IMG/VR virus record: IMGVR_UViG_3300046390_000025 | Span: 1-40,041 of that record | Strand: one strand, 5' to 3' | DNA length: 40,041 nt | Origin: a virus | Shown here: positions 16,613 to 25,326 of the stretch, one piece after another | Layout of the letters: the number at the start of each line of letters is the position of its first letter | How positions within the stretch are numbered: the stretch's first letter is position 1 | Notes under the pieces: generated by a model | Database searches by the model: none | Told to the model about the DNA's origin: nothing | The model's input: only the letters and a program-made list of their open reading frames with translations | Position numbers and translations under genes: made by a program

Positions 16613-17632
16613 TCACGGCCCCCCGAAAGGATTGTAGCTGGTCGCCCTGTGGTACCAACCGTCGATGTAATAAGGCAACTCGTACACCGTCGGCACAACC
16701 TGTTGCCGGAACTCGCTCTGGTTCTTCTCCACATTGACCGCCGCCTGGATATGCGCCATTGCCTCCTGTTCGGAAACCTGGGCTTTAGAGATCTGCTGCA
16801 GCCGCCGATAAAGCGCCGAGGTCGTAAAACTGATCATTGCATCCCAGATATGGCTGATCCGCGGCACGCTCATATCGTCGTCGAGGCTATCGGGCTTAAG
16901 CTTGACCTGAATCCGCACATAGATCGAGAGCGGCGAGCCGTCCGCAGCGCTAAATTTCGGAGGCGGATAAAGCTTAATCTGGGTAAACACAAGTTCAGTT
17001 ACCGCCGGCGGCATAACCAGCGTTTGCGAGGCAGGGACCGCGGCTCGAATCGATAATGGTGTCTCGGTGACATCTTTCGATAACGCGATCACCAGTTTGT
17101 ACGAATTGACTGTCGAAATACTCATCGGACTGACCGATTGATCCGGGTTAATCGTTCCCTGCAGGATGAAAGATTCGCTGATCGGGAAATCGTTGGCGTC
17201 CCGGCCGGCGATATAGACCTTGAACGGGCTCTTTTCGCTCGAGGTGAACGTGAATATGCCGGGATTAAAATACGGCCATGCCAGGTTCTCAGCCCGATAA
17301 AACCAGGGCGTGTTCCCCGGCAAGGTGAACGTCGGAAAATAAAAGCGCTCAATCCAGTCCCGCTCACGGTAAACCAACCGAACATAGTTTTGCCCGTCAT
17401 AAGAAAGACTGCAAAAAATGACCTCCTCGGCATCGTAAGGCAAAAAGATGATCCCGCCCAGTGTCGGATCAAGCACTATCCCATCAACGGTCCGCATCGC
17501 TTCGCGCCAGCTGTGCGCGTCATAAAGCGTCGCGTACTTGAGCCGAACCGCTTTCTTGGCGTACTCAATCGCATCACTGGAAATATCGCCAGTCGTCTCG
17601 GTAGCGAACTCGGCTATGTCTTTTAACGTCAT
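16613..17632 (-). CDS. 339-aa virion structural protein (possible adaptor/tail protein). Start moved to the internal ATG.
   Basis: The track ORF 16613..17797 overlaps the upstream gene by 169 nt. ATG 17632 (MTLKDIAEFATE...) gives an ATGA overlap with the stop of the 115-aa gene. Confidence 0.7.
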   Translation of the reverse strand: MTLKDIAEFATETTGDISSDAIEYAKKAVRLKYATLYDAHSWREAMRTVDGIVLDPTLGGIIFLPYDAEEVIFCSLSYDGQNYVRLVYRERDWIERFYFPTFTLPGNTPWFYRAENLAWPYFNPGIFTFTSSEKSPFKVYIAGRDANDFPISESFILQGTINPDQSVSPMSISTVNSYKLVIALSKDVTETPLSIRAAVPASQTLVMPPAVTELVFTQIKLYPPPKFSAADGSPLSIYVRIQVKLKPDSLDDDMSVPRISHIWDAMISFTTSALYRRLQQISKAQVSEQEAMAHIQAAVNVEKNQSEFRQQVVPTVYELPYYIDGWYHRATSYNPFGGP

Positions 17633-17976
17633 ACTCCCGGCGGCGGATGGGCGATAAAGTCGGCAATCACTTTCGGTAAGGCCGAGGTCACCACAAACTG
17701 CACGTCGGAATCGGCTACAGTTTGCCCACTCGGGTCGGCCTGGACTGCAGCCTGAATCGTCGGATTCATCGCGACCGGCCAAGCAAACGGGTTCCACGCC
17801 ACGCTTGAGTTCTTGTTAGCCCAGGTTGCCCAGGCGAGCCGGTTGGCGTGATCCGGAGTTGCCGGATCTTCATTAGTGATATCCTCGACGTCATGAACGA
17901 CGGCGACTTCGATCTGTTGTTGCACGCTCGGGATCTGGTACCGGAGCGCATAGGATGCAGTGTAGGGAGTTGCCAT
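17629..17976 (-). CDS. 115-aa protein, unknown function (late operon)
   Basis: ORF packed between the fibre gene and the 339-aa gene. Confidence 0.65.
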   Translation of the reverse strand: MATPYTASYALRYQIPSVQQQIEVAVVHDVEDITNEDPATPDHANRLAWATWANKNSSVAWNPFAWPVAMNPTIQAAVQADPSGQTVADSDVQFVVTSALPKVIADFIAHPPPGV

Positions 17977-17985
17977 AGAATTGTT

Positions 17986-19311
17986 TTACCAGCCGGTGTC
18001 GGCGGTGTAGTTCAAAAACCCAGTATTACCCGCACCTACGGCTGGCATAGTGGAAGTGTTAACGCCTTGACATCCAGCCTTTCCTAAATTGGCAAAGCCA
18101 CTAACCGTATAATCAACACCTGACATTCTAATTGAGTTCATTGCGCCGGTAGCATGATTGTAAGCTATCATCGTTGGGATTTTAGCCATCGGTTTATGAA
18201 AGCGCACTGGTCCATTTAGATTTGTCGTCGTTTGTTGGTAGAGTGGCAGCACTCCGACGGTAGTGATGGTACCTGGAGAAGTTTCAAGATCATAGGATTT
18301 CTGAAAATACCGTAGGCAATCGTCGTAGTTCTGCTGGAACGGGCAATCGATCGGCGTCGTGGATAGCGCGCCGGGCTCTAACTGGATAAAGCCTAGGCGA
18401 AAAACTGTACTTGTCGCCTGCGCGGCAAAGTTATCTTGTCCCTGAGCACCGACGAAACTGCCATTTTGCCACGTATCATTGGCCGGAGCTACTTGCGAAG
18501 ATCCGCTCGCTAGACAAATCCTGATTTCCGCTCCTTCGATTCCAGGGGTTATGTTCCAGTTGCCGCCGGAAGCGAGAACCGGAATATTCGGAAACTGAAA
18601 CAACGTCCAAGTGTTGACGGTGGTAATCGCACAAAGCTTAGAGAGCGATTTGGTTGTTGATGGATTTACGTCCCGAATCGTTACGCCAAATTTAAGTGGC
18701 ACACTGCACGATGCCAGTATGCTCAACGAAAAAACATCGTTAACCAATTCCCGTAATCTCGCACCTTCGATTGTCTGGACGTAATCCCAATGATCACCCG
18801 CAGCAAGACTCGCTTGTTGAGTTGTTAGCTGACACCATAGGTACTTAGCACTGAGCCGAAAATTTGTTCCTGGAACGACTAAGTCAGACGCGGAATTGAC
18901 TTGCTGAACGTTTATCGCCATTGCGCTTGCTGTTCTGCCAACACGGTAACGATCCAGTACAAAATTGCCCGCGGCTGGGTTAAGCGACATGTTACCAACG
19001 TTGCGCTGATCCACCTCAAACGTCGGATTGCCAGCCACATTAAAGCTCCGCAGGCGTACGCTATAAATTTGCGGGGTCGCATCGACCTGGGCGCTTACGC
19101 TCGAGATCAATTGGCTGCCCGTAATCCGCGCGTACGTGCCGGCCCCCTTGACCTCAAGCAGCTGGTCGGTCGGATCAAGGGTCGAGCTGGAGGGTTTAGC
19201 GGTGACAAAATCGGGCTGGATCACCGAGTTGGCAATGATGTTATTCAGCTTGGTCGCCGTGATCCCTTTCTCGCCGTCGCTAAAAATTTGGGTCGTGGTT
19301 ATATCGGGCAT
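17986..19311 (-). CDS. 441-aa tail fibre/spike-like protein. Start moved to the internal ATG.
   Basis: ATG 19311 (MPDITTTQIFSDGEKGITATKLNNIIAN) lies 2 nt after the upstream stop. The GITAxKLN motif is shared with the N-terminus of the preceding fibre protein. Confidence 0.75.
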   Translation of the reverse strand: MPDITTTQIFSDGEKGITATKLNNIIANSVIQPDFVTAKPSSSTLDPTDQLLEVKGAGTYARITGSQLISSVSAQVDATPQIYSVRLRSFNVAGNPTFEVDQRNVGNMSLNPAAGNFVLDRYRVGRTASAMAINVQQVNSASDLVVPGTNFRLSAKYLWCQLTTQQASLAAGDHWDYVQTIEGARLRELVNDVFSLSILASCSVPLKFGVTIRDVNPSTTKSLSKLCAITTVNTWTLFQFPNIPVLASGGNWNITPGIEGAEIRICLASGSSQVAPANDTWQNGSFVGAQGQDNFAAQATSTVFRLGFIQLEPGALSTTPIDCPFQQNYDDCLRYFQKSYDLETSPGTITTVGVLPLYQQTTTNLNGPVRFHKPMAKIPTMIAYNHATGAMNSIRMSGVDYTVSGFANLGKAGCQGVNTSTMPAVGAGNTGFLNYTADTGW

Positions 19312-19313
19312 AA

Positions 19314-20654
19314 CTAGAGAGCAAATGTTAGGTTGTCCAAGTACACGCTGCCGTTGGTCGCACTCGGCCAGGAAAAACTTTGGCGCACCATTGGGACAAT
19401 ATTGACGGCACCCGAAGTCGCCACAGTTGCCTGGAATAGTTGCACATCGCCACTCGAGTCGAAACCCGCCAGCACGCACCCGCGAGCTACGCCTGGCCGC
19501 GCGCCTACCGGAAGCGTGAAAGCCAGCGATGCCGCGCCGCTCGCGTAATTGATAATCCCTTGGGCAATAACTTTTGAAAACGTGCCATTGACCTCAACCC
19601 GGTACTGCGCCGTGGTGTTCTGGGTCCAGCCAGTCCCATACGACAGATTGGTCCAGGTGCCGGGATCGACCAGGCTCCCGGCCGGTTTACCCGTGACACT
19701 GGCCCATGGAATGGCATCAGCCGTATCCACAACACCGTTGCCGTTGGTGTCATAAACGCTTTTAGTCATATCGCCGCTCCCTGAAGGCGACGAATAGGCA
19801 CCCGTGCCGTCCAGATAAGTGCCGGCTATTCCTGAGAGTTTTGGCGCAAGCCCCGTGCGAACAGTGGTAACCACCGCAATAGCATCAGTGCCGTTATCCA
19901 GATGAGTACTTGCATGGGCGCCAGGTGTAAAACTTGCGGGTTTCCCTGTGATTCCCGTCCATGCCACCGCACTCGCGCTATCGGCCAAAGCCGCGTGATC
20001 GCTGATCCCATCGTTGTTTGTGTCATAAACGCTTTTGAGCATCGCGGTGCTGTCAGGCGGAAAAGTGGCAGGCTTCCCGGTTACACCTGTCCAAGGAACG
20101 GCGTCTGATAAAGCTGCATGATCACTGATTCCATCGTTATTGGTGTCATACACGCTCTTGAGCATTGCGGTTGAGTCAGGCGGAAAGGTACTTGGCTTGC
20201 CAGTGACCCCGGTCCAAGGCGCGGCATCAGCCAAAGCGGCATGGTCGCTAACTCCGTCACCGTTGGTGTCGTAGACACTTTTAAGCATTGCCGTTGAATC
20301 CGGCGGGAACGTCGCCGGCTTGCCCGTGATCCCAGCCCAGGGAGCTGTATCGCTCAAGGCTGCATGATCGCTGATCCCATCCCCATTGGTGTCATAAACA
20401 CTTTTAAGCATCGCCGTCGAATCCGGGGGAAATGTGGAAGGAACTCCCGTCAACTTGGCCCAAGCCAGAGAATCGCAGGTATCGACTACATTGTTGGAAT
20501 TTGTGTCGTACACCGCCTTGGTCATGTCACCGGTGCCAGTGCCGCCGCCCGAAATCGCAGTCGAGAGATCATCCCGGAGCTTGTTCAGTTTTCGCGCCGT
20601 GATCCCGCCCTCCCGGGCATTGGTAAACGTGATGTCGGTGTAAGGCGCTGGCAT
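19314..20654 (-). CDS. 446-aa tail fibre protein with tandem 41-aa repeats
   Basis: N-terminus MPAPYTDITFTNAREGGITARKLNKL. Four and a half copies of W(A/T)G(I/V)TGKP(A/S)TFPPDSTAMLKSVYDTN(G/N)DG(I/V)SDHAAL(S/A)D. Confidence 0.85.
   Translation of the reverse strand: MPAPYTDITFTNAREGGITARKLNKLRDDLSTAISGGGTGTGDMTKAVYDTNSNNVVDTCDSLAWAKLTGVPSTFPPDSTAMLKSVYDTNGDGISDHAALSDTAPWAGITGKPATFPPDSTAMLKSVYDTNGDGVSDHAALADAAPWTGVTGKPSTFPPDSTAMLKSVYDTNNDGISDHAALSDAVPWTGVTGKPATFPPDSTAMLKSVYDTNNDGISDHAALADSASAVAWTGITGKPASFTPGAHASTHLDNGTDAIAVVTTVRTGLAPKLSGIAGTYLDGTGAYSSPSGSGDMTKSVYDTNGNGVVDTADAIPWASVTGKPAGSLVDPGTWTNLSYGTGWTQNTTAQYRVEVNGTFSKVIAQGIINYASGAASLAFTLPVGARPGVARGCVLAGFDSSGDVQLFQATVATSGAVNIVPMVRQSFSWPSATNGSVYLDNLTFAL
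19935..20462. repeat. Tandem 123-bp coding repeats (about 4.3 copies) inside the fibre gene
   Basis: The landmark g(c/t)(a/g)tg(a/g)tc(g/a)ct(g/a)a(t/c)(c/t)cc(a/g)tc recurs at 19994, 20117, 20240 and 20363, exactly 123 bp apart. Confidence 0.9.
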
Positions 20655-20675
20655 GGTTCGATCGTCCTAAAAGTG

Positions 20676-20789
20676 CTAAAATCCGGCAAAATAGACTAGC
20701 AAGCATAGCAACAGGAACAGAGCGCCTACGCCGACAGCCAGCAAAAAACAGCCAAACCAAATCGAATGATGATCAAGATAGCCGGTCAT
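20676..20789 (-). CDS. 37-aa single-TM peptide (below the track cutoff); candidate holin-like or membrane component
   Basis: My translation: MTGYLDHHSIWFGCFLLAVGVGALFLLLCLLVYFAGF. ATGA overlap with the stop of the 64-aa gene (20789/20786). Confidence 0.45.
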   Translation of the reverse strand: MTGYLDHHSIWFGCFLLAVGVGALFLLLCLLVYFAGF

Positions 20790-20980
20790 CGGGAACTCTC
20801 TGAAAAAGGCGAACGCATTCTAATGGGCTCTAAGCTCTGCTCGATTGCCTGGTTGCCAGCCCTTGAGAGGAGCGCAAGCGGATCATTGCAGGGAACACAT
20901 TCCATCATGAGCGGTGCCCACACCTGCCCGCATTTTGGGCAAATCCAACCGGTCTGGCCGTTAAAAAGCATTTCGGTCAT
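20786..20980 (-). CDS. 64-aa zinc-ribbon-like protein
   Basis: CPKCGQ...ECVPC (CxxC-n12-CxxC). ATGA overlap with the stop of the GH75-like gene (20980/20977). Confidence 0.5.
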   Translation of the reverse strand: MTEMLFNGQTGWICPKCGQVWAPLMMECVPCNDPLALLSRAGNQAIEQSLEPIRMRSPFSESSR

Positions 20981-21687
20981 AAGCTTTTAGCGATCTCTTT
21001 GAGCCGAGCCAACCCGCCCCACGCCGTCACAAGCGTGTTGGCCGTATCGAACCAGACTTTCGGCGGTTTCCAACTAGCGACTGAGCCGATGAACACCAGA
21101 TAGACAATTGCCTTGGCCGATGTGCCGCCTTTCTTGGGATTGTTATCAATTTTGAGCGCTGTCGCCAGCCGCATCGAGATCTCGCCAATCTTAGTCTGAG
21201 GACCGACATCCGCATAGATCGCGTAACAGTTCTCGCTATTTGCCGTGTTAAGTACCAAGGCGACATCGCCCAGTTTGGCACCACAGCTGTGGTTACCCGG
21301 CATGACCAGAAACGGGATCGACCCGCTATCAATGTAGCGGTACTGCGAGTCCTCGGTGTAGCCTGGGTTAAAATGCGCCGTGGCGCACACGTACATGCCC
21401 GGATACGGATCATAAATCTTCTGAGTCAGCGGTTTGCCGTTACTGCCAACTGGTCCGCCCCACCAGTTGCCGCCTTGGTCATCGCCGCCATTGGCTGTGT
21501 AATCGATCCCGGTGTTATTCGGTCCGTAACAATTAGCCGCGCCATCGGCGTTGATCGCCGCGCCAGCCTTAAACACAATCGCTTTCGGTTCACCCGAAAC
21601 CGAATAAATGGTTACTCCACCAACCGAATCGATCTCTGATAACTCACTCACTGGAAGCAAAACTTCCTTGCACGGGTTGCTCGGCAA
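20977..21687 (-). CDS. GH75 (chitosanase)-like glycoside hydrolase; candidate endolysin. Start uncertain: TTG 21687 or GTG 21651.
   Basis: AINADGAANCYGP..., YRYIDSGSIPFLVMP and LGDVALVLNTANSENCYAIYADVGPQTKIGEISMRLATAL match my recollection of the GH75 pattern (GD.a.V....yaIvgD.GP...iGE.S...A..L). Confidence 0.55.
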   Translation of the reverse strand: MPSNPCKEVLLPVSELSEIDSVGGVTIYSVSGEPKAIVFKAGAAINADGAANCYGPNNTGIDYTANGGDDQGGNWWGGPVGSNGKPLTQKIYDPYPGMYVCATAHFNPGYTEDSQYRYIDSGSIPFLVMPGNHSCGAKLGDVALVLNTANSENCYAIYADVGPQTKIGEISMRLATALKIDNNPKKGGTSAKAIVYLVFIGSVASWKPPKVWFDTANTLVTAWGGLARLKEIAKSL

Positions 21688-21805
21688 TCTGTGCCTTGAT
21701 TAACCCCTGACGCTCGTACATCTCGACCTGGCGCGCCTCAATCCGATTTAACTGCTCCTTGATCGCTCGAAGCAGCGCTCGTGTCTCTTCAGTATCGTCC
21801 GCCAT
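21644..21805 (-). CDS. 53-aa coiled-coil protein (below the track cutoff)
   Basis: My translation: MADDTEETRALLRAIKEQLNRIEARQVEMYERQGLIKAQIAEQPVQGSFASSE. AAGGAG lies 6-7 nt upstream of ATG 21805. Confidence 0.5.
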   Translation of the reverse strand: MADDTEETRALLRAIKEQLNRIEARQVEMYERQGLIKAQIAEQPVQGSFASSE

Positions 21806-21821
21806 CGCTCACTCCTTGGAC

Positions 21822-22295
21822 TTACCACATCTCGAAATCACGGATCCTCCGTTTGTCAGTAGTTCCGCACCAGGTGAACCCGTGCCGGGTAAACACCTTG
21901 ACGACTTCGGTCAATACCTCGCCGCCAACCTGCTGGCTCAACCGCCAGGCTGCCCCGTACCAGAACAGACTCGGCCGCTCGCCGTCTCCAAACGAATAAC
22001 ATTTGCAAAACTGATTTAGCCCGTAAGCCTTACGCGCTTCAGTCGTCCAGCGGGCCGTGATCTCCTCATACGTTAACGCCAAAGGGCCGAAAATCCGCCG
22101 GTTGACCAGCGTCTTTGCCACGTACACATCCGGGAAAAAGGCGAGCTGAAACATCTCCGGCGAACGCCACTTCTTCAGGTTGCGCCCCTGCCAAAGCAGC
22201 GTCGGCTGACCGTCAAGCCCGAGATCGAATCGCCCATAGAGCTTTTCCATTTCAGGAATCGCCTCACTCACCGACGCCATCGGCGCGAATCTCAT
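21822..22295 (-). CDS. 157-aa peptidase M15 (VanY / M15_4)-like protein that appears to lack the zinc ligands
   Basis: CYSFGDGERPSLFWYGAAWRL aligns to the S-x-H-x-x-G-x-A-x-D motif with H to F and D to R. RHGFTWCGTTDKRRIRDFEMW aligns to GF-WGG-W...D-x-M-H-F with H to M. Aligned from memory of the family. Confidence 0.5.
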   Translation of the reverse strand: MRFAPMASVSEAIPEMEKLYGRFDLGLDGQPTLLWQGRNLKKWRSPEMFQLAFFPDVYVAKTLVNRRIFGPLALTYEEITARWTTEARKAYGLNQFCKCYSFGDGERPSLFWYGAAWRLSQQVGGEVLTEVVKVFTRHGFTWCGTTDKRRIRDFEMW

Positions 22296-22456
22296 TCGTA
22301 CACCTTTCGGATTTGAGCCTTAGTTATGTCGCCTTTGGCGCGAAATCGTGAACCATCACGAATCTCGCGACCGTAGTAATGCTTGAGAATCTGGCCGTAG
22401 GCCTCACGCTTCTTACGCTCAGCCTCGGTCCCCTTCTTTGGTACGATGATCTGCAC
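22292..22456 (-). CDS. Possible 54-aa basic protein (GTG start), filling the gap after the 146-aa gene
   Basis: (V/M)QIIVPKKGTEAERKKREAYGQILKHYYGREIRDGSRFRAKGDITKAQIRKVYE. Its stop forms an ATGA overlap with the M15-like gene start. The start codon is weak. Confidence 0.3.
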   Translation of the reverse strand: MQIIVPKKGTEAERKKREAYGQILKHYYGREIRDGSRFRAKGDITKAQIRKVYE

Positions 22457-22461
22457 AGCCT

Positions 22462-22902
22462 TCAGAAGGGCATCGGTCGCCCTCTGGCCCCCTTGCGCAG
22501 CCGGGCGCCCATTCCCTTCAGAGTTTCGCCCGGCAATGTGCCCCCGATCCTGGCTCGGCCTAATCCCAGCCCGGGGCTCGCAGGGCCATTGGCCGCTACA
22601 GGCGGCCCGCCACCAGCCCCACCACCGCCTGCGCCACCGCCTCCCGCAGCCCCGGTCTCGGGTTCAGCACCCTCCTCCTCCGGACTTTCGGAGCTTTCCT
22701 CGCCAATCGGTTCGCCGTTGATCGTGTCAATCGAGACCGTGGCCGTGTTACCGGTAACGCTCTGCACTTTTCCCTCAACGCTGTACTGGACCGTGTCACC
22801 TTCCTCCGGCGGTACACCGCCTTCAGAAATTGCACTGATCGGCACCTTACAGGTGTACCCACCGCCAGCCTTCGGGCTGATTCCTATCGCTATTGTTGCC
22901 AT
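22462..22902 (-). CDS. 146-aa protein downstream of the capsid gene (possible decoration/head protein) with an acidic then Gly-rich tail
   Basis: The ORF starts 10 nt after the MCP stop. Beta-rich N-terminal half, then EESSESPEEEGAEPETGAAGGGGAGGGGAGGG. Confidence 0.6.
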   Translation of the reverse strand: MATIAIGISPKAGGGYTCKVPISAISEGGVPPEEGDTVQYSVEGKVQSVTGNTATVSIDTINGEPIGEESSESPEEEGAEPETGAAGGGGAGGGGAGGGPPVAANGPASPGLGLGRARIGGTLPGETLKGMGARLRKGARGRPMPF

Positions 22903-22911
22903 ATAATCCCT

Positions 22912-23919
22912 TTAGGTTGGCGTATACGCCGTCTTGCTCTGTAGGACTACCCCATTCCAGGCCGAGAGGCACACGGCGTTATAGAAGGTTTTCCAAGCAT
23001 AAGTTATAAACTGATTGAACGGGTTAGCCGAATCCGCTTCCGTAATCGTATTGACCTTCGGGTTGGGCGGGTTTTCGCCCTCCAGATCCGGCACCGCAAA
23101 CGCGTCCTTGCCGAACACCAGCGCCGCGATGATGCCACCCCCAGCCACGTTGACGCCCTCGGTGGTCTGATAGCATGAATTGGTTGTCCGAAGCACCTTG
23201 ATTCCGAACAGCCGCCCAATCTCGCCTTTCCAGATCTGTTCAGGTTTCTGAAACGCGCTCGCATAGGTCCACGCGCTTCCTTGTTCCTCGACCAAGTCGC
23301 GTTCCTGCTCCGGGCTGACCACCGCACAGAAGTAACCGTCATCGAACTCCTTGCCCTTGTTGAGCCGCATCTCGGTGCATACATCGATCAGGTCATCAGT
23401 CGAGAACCTGCCCTGTTGCGCAGTCAACGCACCTAAACTGGCAAAATCTGTTGCCGTGCCCGCGTAGCGCTTGGTGAACTTGGTCGGTTCCTCAGTCGTG
23501 CCGTTAATACAGGCATCCCGGATCAGACCGTCACACCACAGCGCGGCTTCCTCGCCAAACTTGGTCATAAGCGCATCGCCCGTATCCAAAAACTCGGTCT
23601 CATCGATGATATCTGATACCTGCGCGTAGCCGCCATATTGTTGGAGCGTGCGGGTAATAAACTCGAAGATGAGCTTGTAAGGCGCATTAGATGGCGGCGT
23701 GCCCTCAGTCAGCGTGATGACATTGGCAACGTTGGCAACCGGCGGCCGGAACATCCGGATCGTTTTAGAGCCTTGTCCTTGCGGAATAGAGGCTTTGTAC
23801 GCCGGCTGATAAAGCTGCAGCTGATTGATCTGATGAGTCAGTAATTGCTTAGCGAAATAAATGCGGTACTCCGACGCTTTGTCGGTCGTCGTAACCGCTC
23901 CATAGACTGGAGGTGGCAT
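22912..23919 (-). CDS. Major capsid protein (335 aa; resembles the N4-gp56-type capsid family)
   Basis: The pattern ...GSKTIRMFRPP...LTEGTPP...QQYGGYAQVSDIIDE... matches my memory of that MCP family. Follows the scaffold and portal genes. Confidence 0.8.
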   Translation of the reverse strand: MPPPVYGAVTTTDKASEYRIYFAKQLLTHQINQLQLYQPAYKASIPQGQGSKTIRMFRPPVANVANVITLTEGTPPSNAPYKLIFEFITRTLQQYGGYAQVSDIIDETEFLDTGDALMTKFGEEAALWCDGLIRDACINGTTEEPTKFTKRYAGTATDFASLGALTAQQGRFSTDDLIDVCTEMRLNKGKEFDDGYFCAVVSPEQERDLVEEQGSAWTYASAFQKPEQIWKGEIGRLFGIKVLRTTNSCYQTTEGVNVAGGGIIAALVFGKDAFAVPDLEGENPPNPKVNTITEADSANPFNQFITYAWKTFYNAVCLSAWNGVVLQSKTAYTPT

Positions 23920-23944
23920 AAAGAAGAGTTAGGAGTGAGCATTG

Positions 23945-24784
23945 CTAGAACCACGGCACCCCATCGCGCTTGGCGCCTTGTCTCAAGTGTTTGCGCATAT
24001 CGGCCAATGAAAGCTTGGCGAAATCTCTCTCGCCGCTTCCGATTCTGGCCGGCGCACCACCACCGATTGAGGTCAAGCCGGTGTAGCGCTGCAGTTCGTT
24101 TTTAAGTTTGGAGTTCTCTGTCTGGAGCACCTTGTAATCTCCTTCCAGCAACTCCATTTTTGCCCGGTGATATGCGGCAACGATCCCGCGCGGGTGTTGG
24201 CGATAGATGTTGCCATCCTCGCTTCCCATAATCTCACGTAAGCGTTTATCCAGCCTGGTCCCGTCGCGCATAAACTCAGGGTCAACCTGCGCGAGCTCAC
24301 GCTCGGCACTTTCCCACTGCGCCTGATGCTCCGGGGTTCCCATCGGCGGCAACTCAAGGGTCCGGCTTTGCCTTTCGGCTTGAGCCTCAGCCTCCATTGC
24401 CGCAATCTCCTTATCCGCTTTCTCAACGAGCTCGAAGTTGCCTTCCTGCTCCCATTGCCGGCGGTATTTGCGGAGATCATCTAGGGTGTAATCACGTTTC
24501 GGCTTTGCCGCCTCGGCCGCCGCTCGCTGCGCATCAGCAAACTGGCGTTCCCGTTGGGCAATAACCGCCTCGCGTCTGGCTAGTTCAGCCCGCTGACGTT
24601 TGGTCCGTTCGTACCGGCTCAATTCCTTGGGCTTTTGGCCGTTGGGTTGAGCCTTTTGGGCCTGGTCACCGGCAGAGTCAACCGATTCCTGGGCGCCTTC
24701 TCCCTGGCTGCTCTCACCAATCGCAGTTGCGCTCGGTTCTTGAGTGCTCGGAGTTTCTGCCCCTTGGTCGGTTTGCTCTGGCAT
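23945..24784 (-). CDS. Scaffolding protein (279 aa)
   Basis: Highly charged, coiled-coil-rich (RQRAELARREAVIAQRERQFADAQRAAAEAAK...). Located between portal and MCP. Confidence 0.7.
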   Translation of the reverse strand: MPEQTDQGAETPSTQEPSATAIGESSQGEGAQESVDSAGDQAQKAQPNGQKPKELSRYERTKRQRAELARREAVIAQRERQFADAQRAAAEAAKPKRDYTLDDLRKYRRQWEQEGNFELVEKADKEIAAMEAEAQAERQSRTLELPPMGTPEHQAQWESAERELAQVDPEFMRDGTRLDKRLREIMGSEDGNIYRQHPRGIVAAYHRAKMELLEGDYKVLQTENSKLKNELQRYTGLTSIGGGAPARIGSGERDFAKLSLADMRKHLRQGAKRDGVPWF

Positions 24785-24796
24785 ATCTCTCGGGTT

Positions 24797-25174
24797 TTAT
24801 CCGATAGCTCCGCGACCACCTAACCACCGCCAATCATCGGATTGCTTGACGGGACTCCCTCGTGCCGCGGGTTGCGCTCCATCTTCCAGCTCTGTGAAAC
24901 TGCTCTCCTCCAGTGGGAAAACACGCAGTCTGTGAAGCAGTGCTAGGATATCCTGCTGCCCTCGTGCCTGGGCGTTGGCGCTCACATTATTTTTGTAAAC
25001 AGCCTGAAACGTCGTATTGGCAACGATTTGCCGCAGAAATTCGAAAAGTTTTATTCCACAAGAACTCCGACAAAACAAGTCAAATGCGTTGCGCTCTTCT
25101 GGGGTCCAGGCGACCGCACGCACGATCGGCCGGCTTAAAATCACCCGCAGATACCATTTAAGAATCGGGTTCAT
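24797..25174 (-). CDS. 125-aa protein, unknown function. Start moved to ATG 25174.
   Basis: MNPILKWYLRVILSRP... The ATG forms an ATGA overlap with the stop of the 51-aa gene. Confidence 0.6.
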   Translation of the reverse strand: MNPILKWYLRVILSRPIVRAVAWTPEERNAFDLFCRSSCGIKLFEFLRQIVANTTFQAVYKNNVSANAQARGQQDILALLHRLRVFPLEESSFTELEDGAQPAARGSPVKQSDDWRWLGGRGAIG

Positions 25175-25326
25175 AAGGCTATCACCCAAACATCATGCTT
25201 AGGGCAGTAACTGAAGAGTGGATTGCCTTTGTGTCGTGGTCCGCTAATGATTTTACACTCCCGAAGACATTTTCTTCGCCTTCGTTCAACCGGTAAAACG
25301 CTTCTGACCCAGTCGGTGACTTTCAT
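25171..25326 (-). CDS. 51-aa Cys/His zinc-ribbon-like protein (3-prime part of track ORF 25171..25728)
   Basis: MKVTDWVRSVLPVERRRRKCLRECKIISGPRHKGNPLFSYCPKHDVWVIAL (CxxC...CxxH). ATGA overlap with the portal stop (25326/25323). Confidence 0.5.
   Translation of the reverse strand: MKVTDWVRSVLPVERRRRKCLRECKIISGPRHKGNPLFSYCPKHDVWVIAL

Noticed and set aside
16613-19479. Long N-terminal extensions of track ORFs 16613..17797 and 17986..19479 (also 37585..38493, 37061..37627, 32341..33450, 33405..33989 and 24797..25189)
   Set aside because: The extensions overlap the upstream gene by 40-170 nt and are Cys/Arg-rich. In each case an internal ATG gives a 0-4 nt junction or a good Shine-Dalgarno.
17986-20654. 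Diversity-generating retroelement targeting the fibre genes
   Set aside because: There is no reverse transcriptase and no template/variable repeat pair with adenine-specific differences. The repeats are in-frame tandem coding units.
22292-22902. Programmed -1 frameshift extending the 146-aa protein into the downstream open frame that ends in ATGA coupling
   Set aside because: The -1 frame is open across the Gly-rich region, but I found no X-XXY-YYZ slippery heptamer (only G5 runs). The upstream part of that frame reads as Arg/Trp-rich nonsense. An independent 54-aa GTG-start gene or a homopolymer assembly error is equally possible. It is listed only as a low-confidence CDS.
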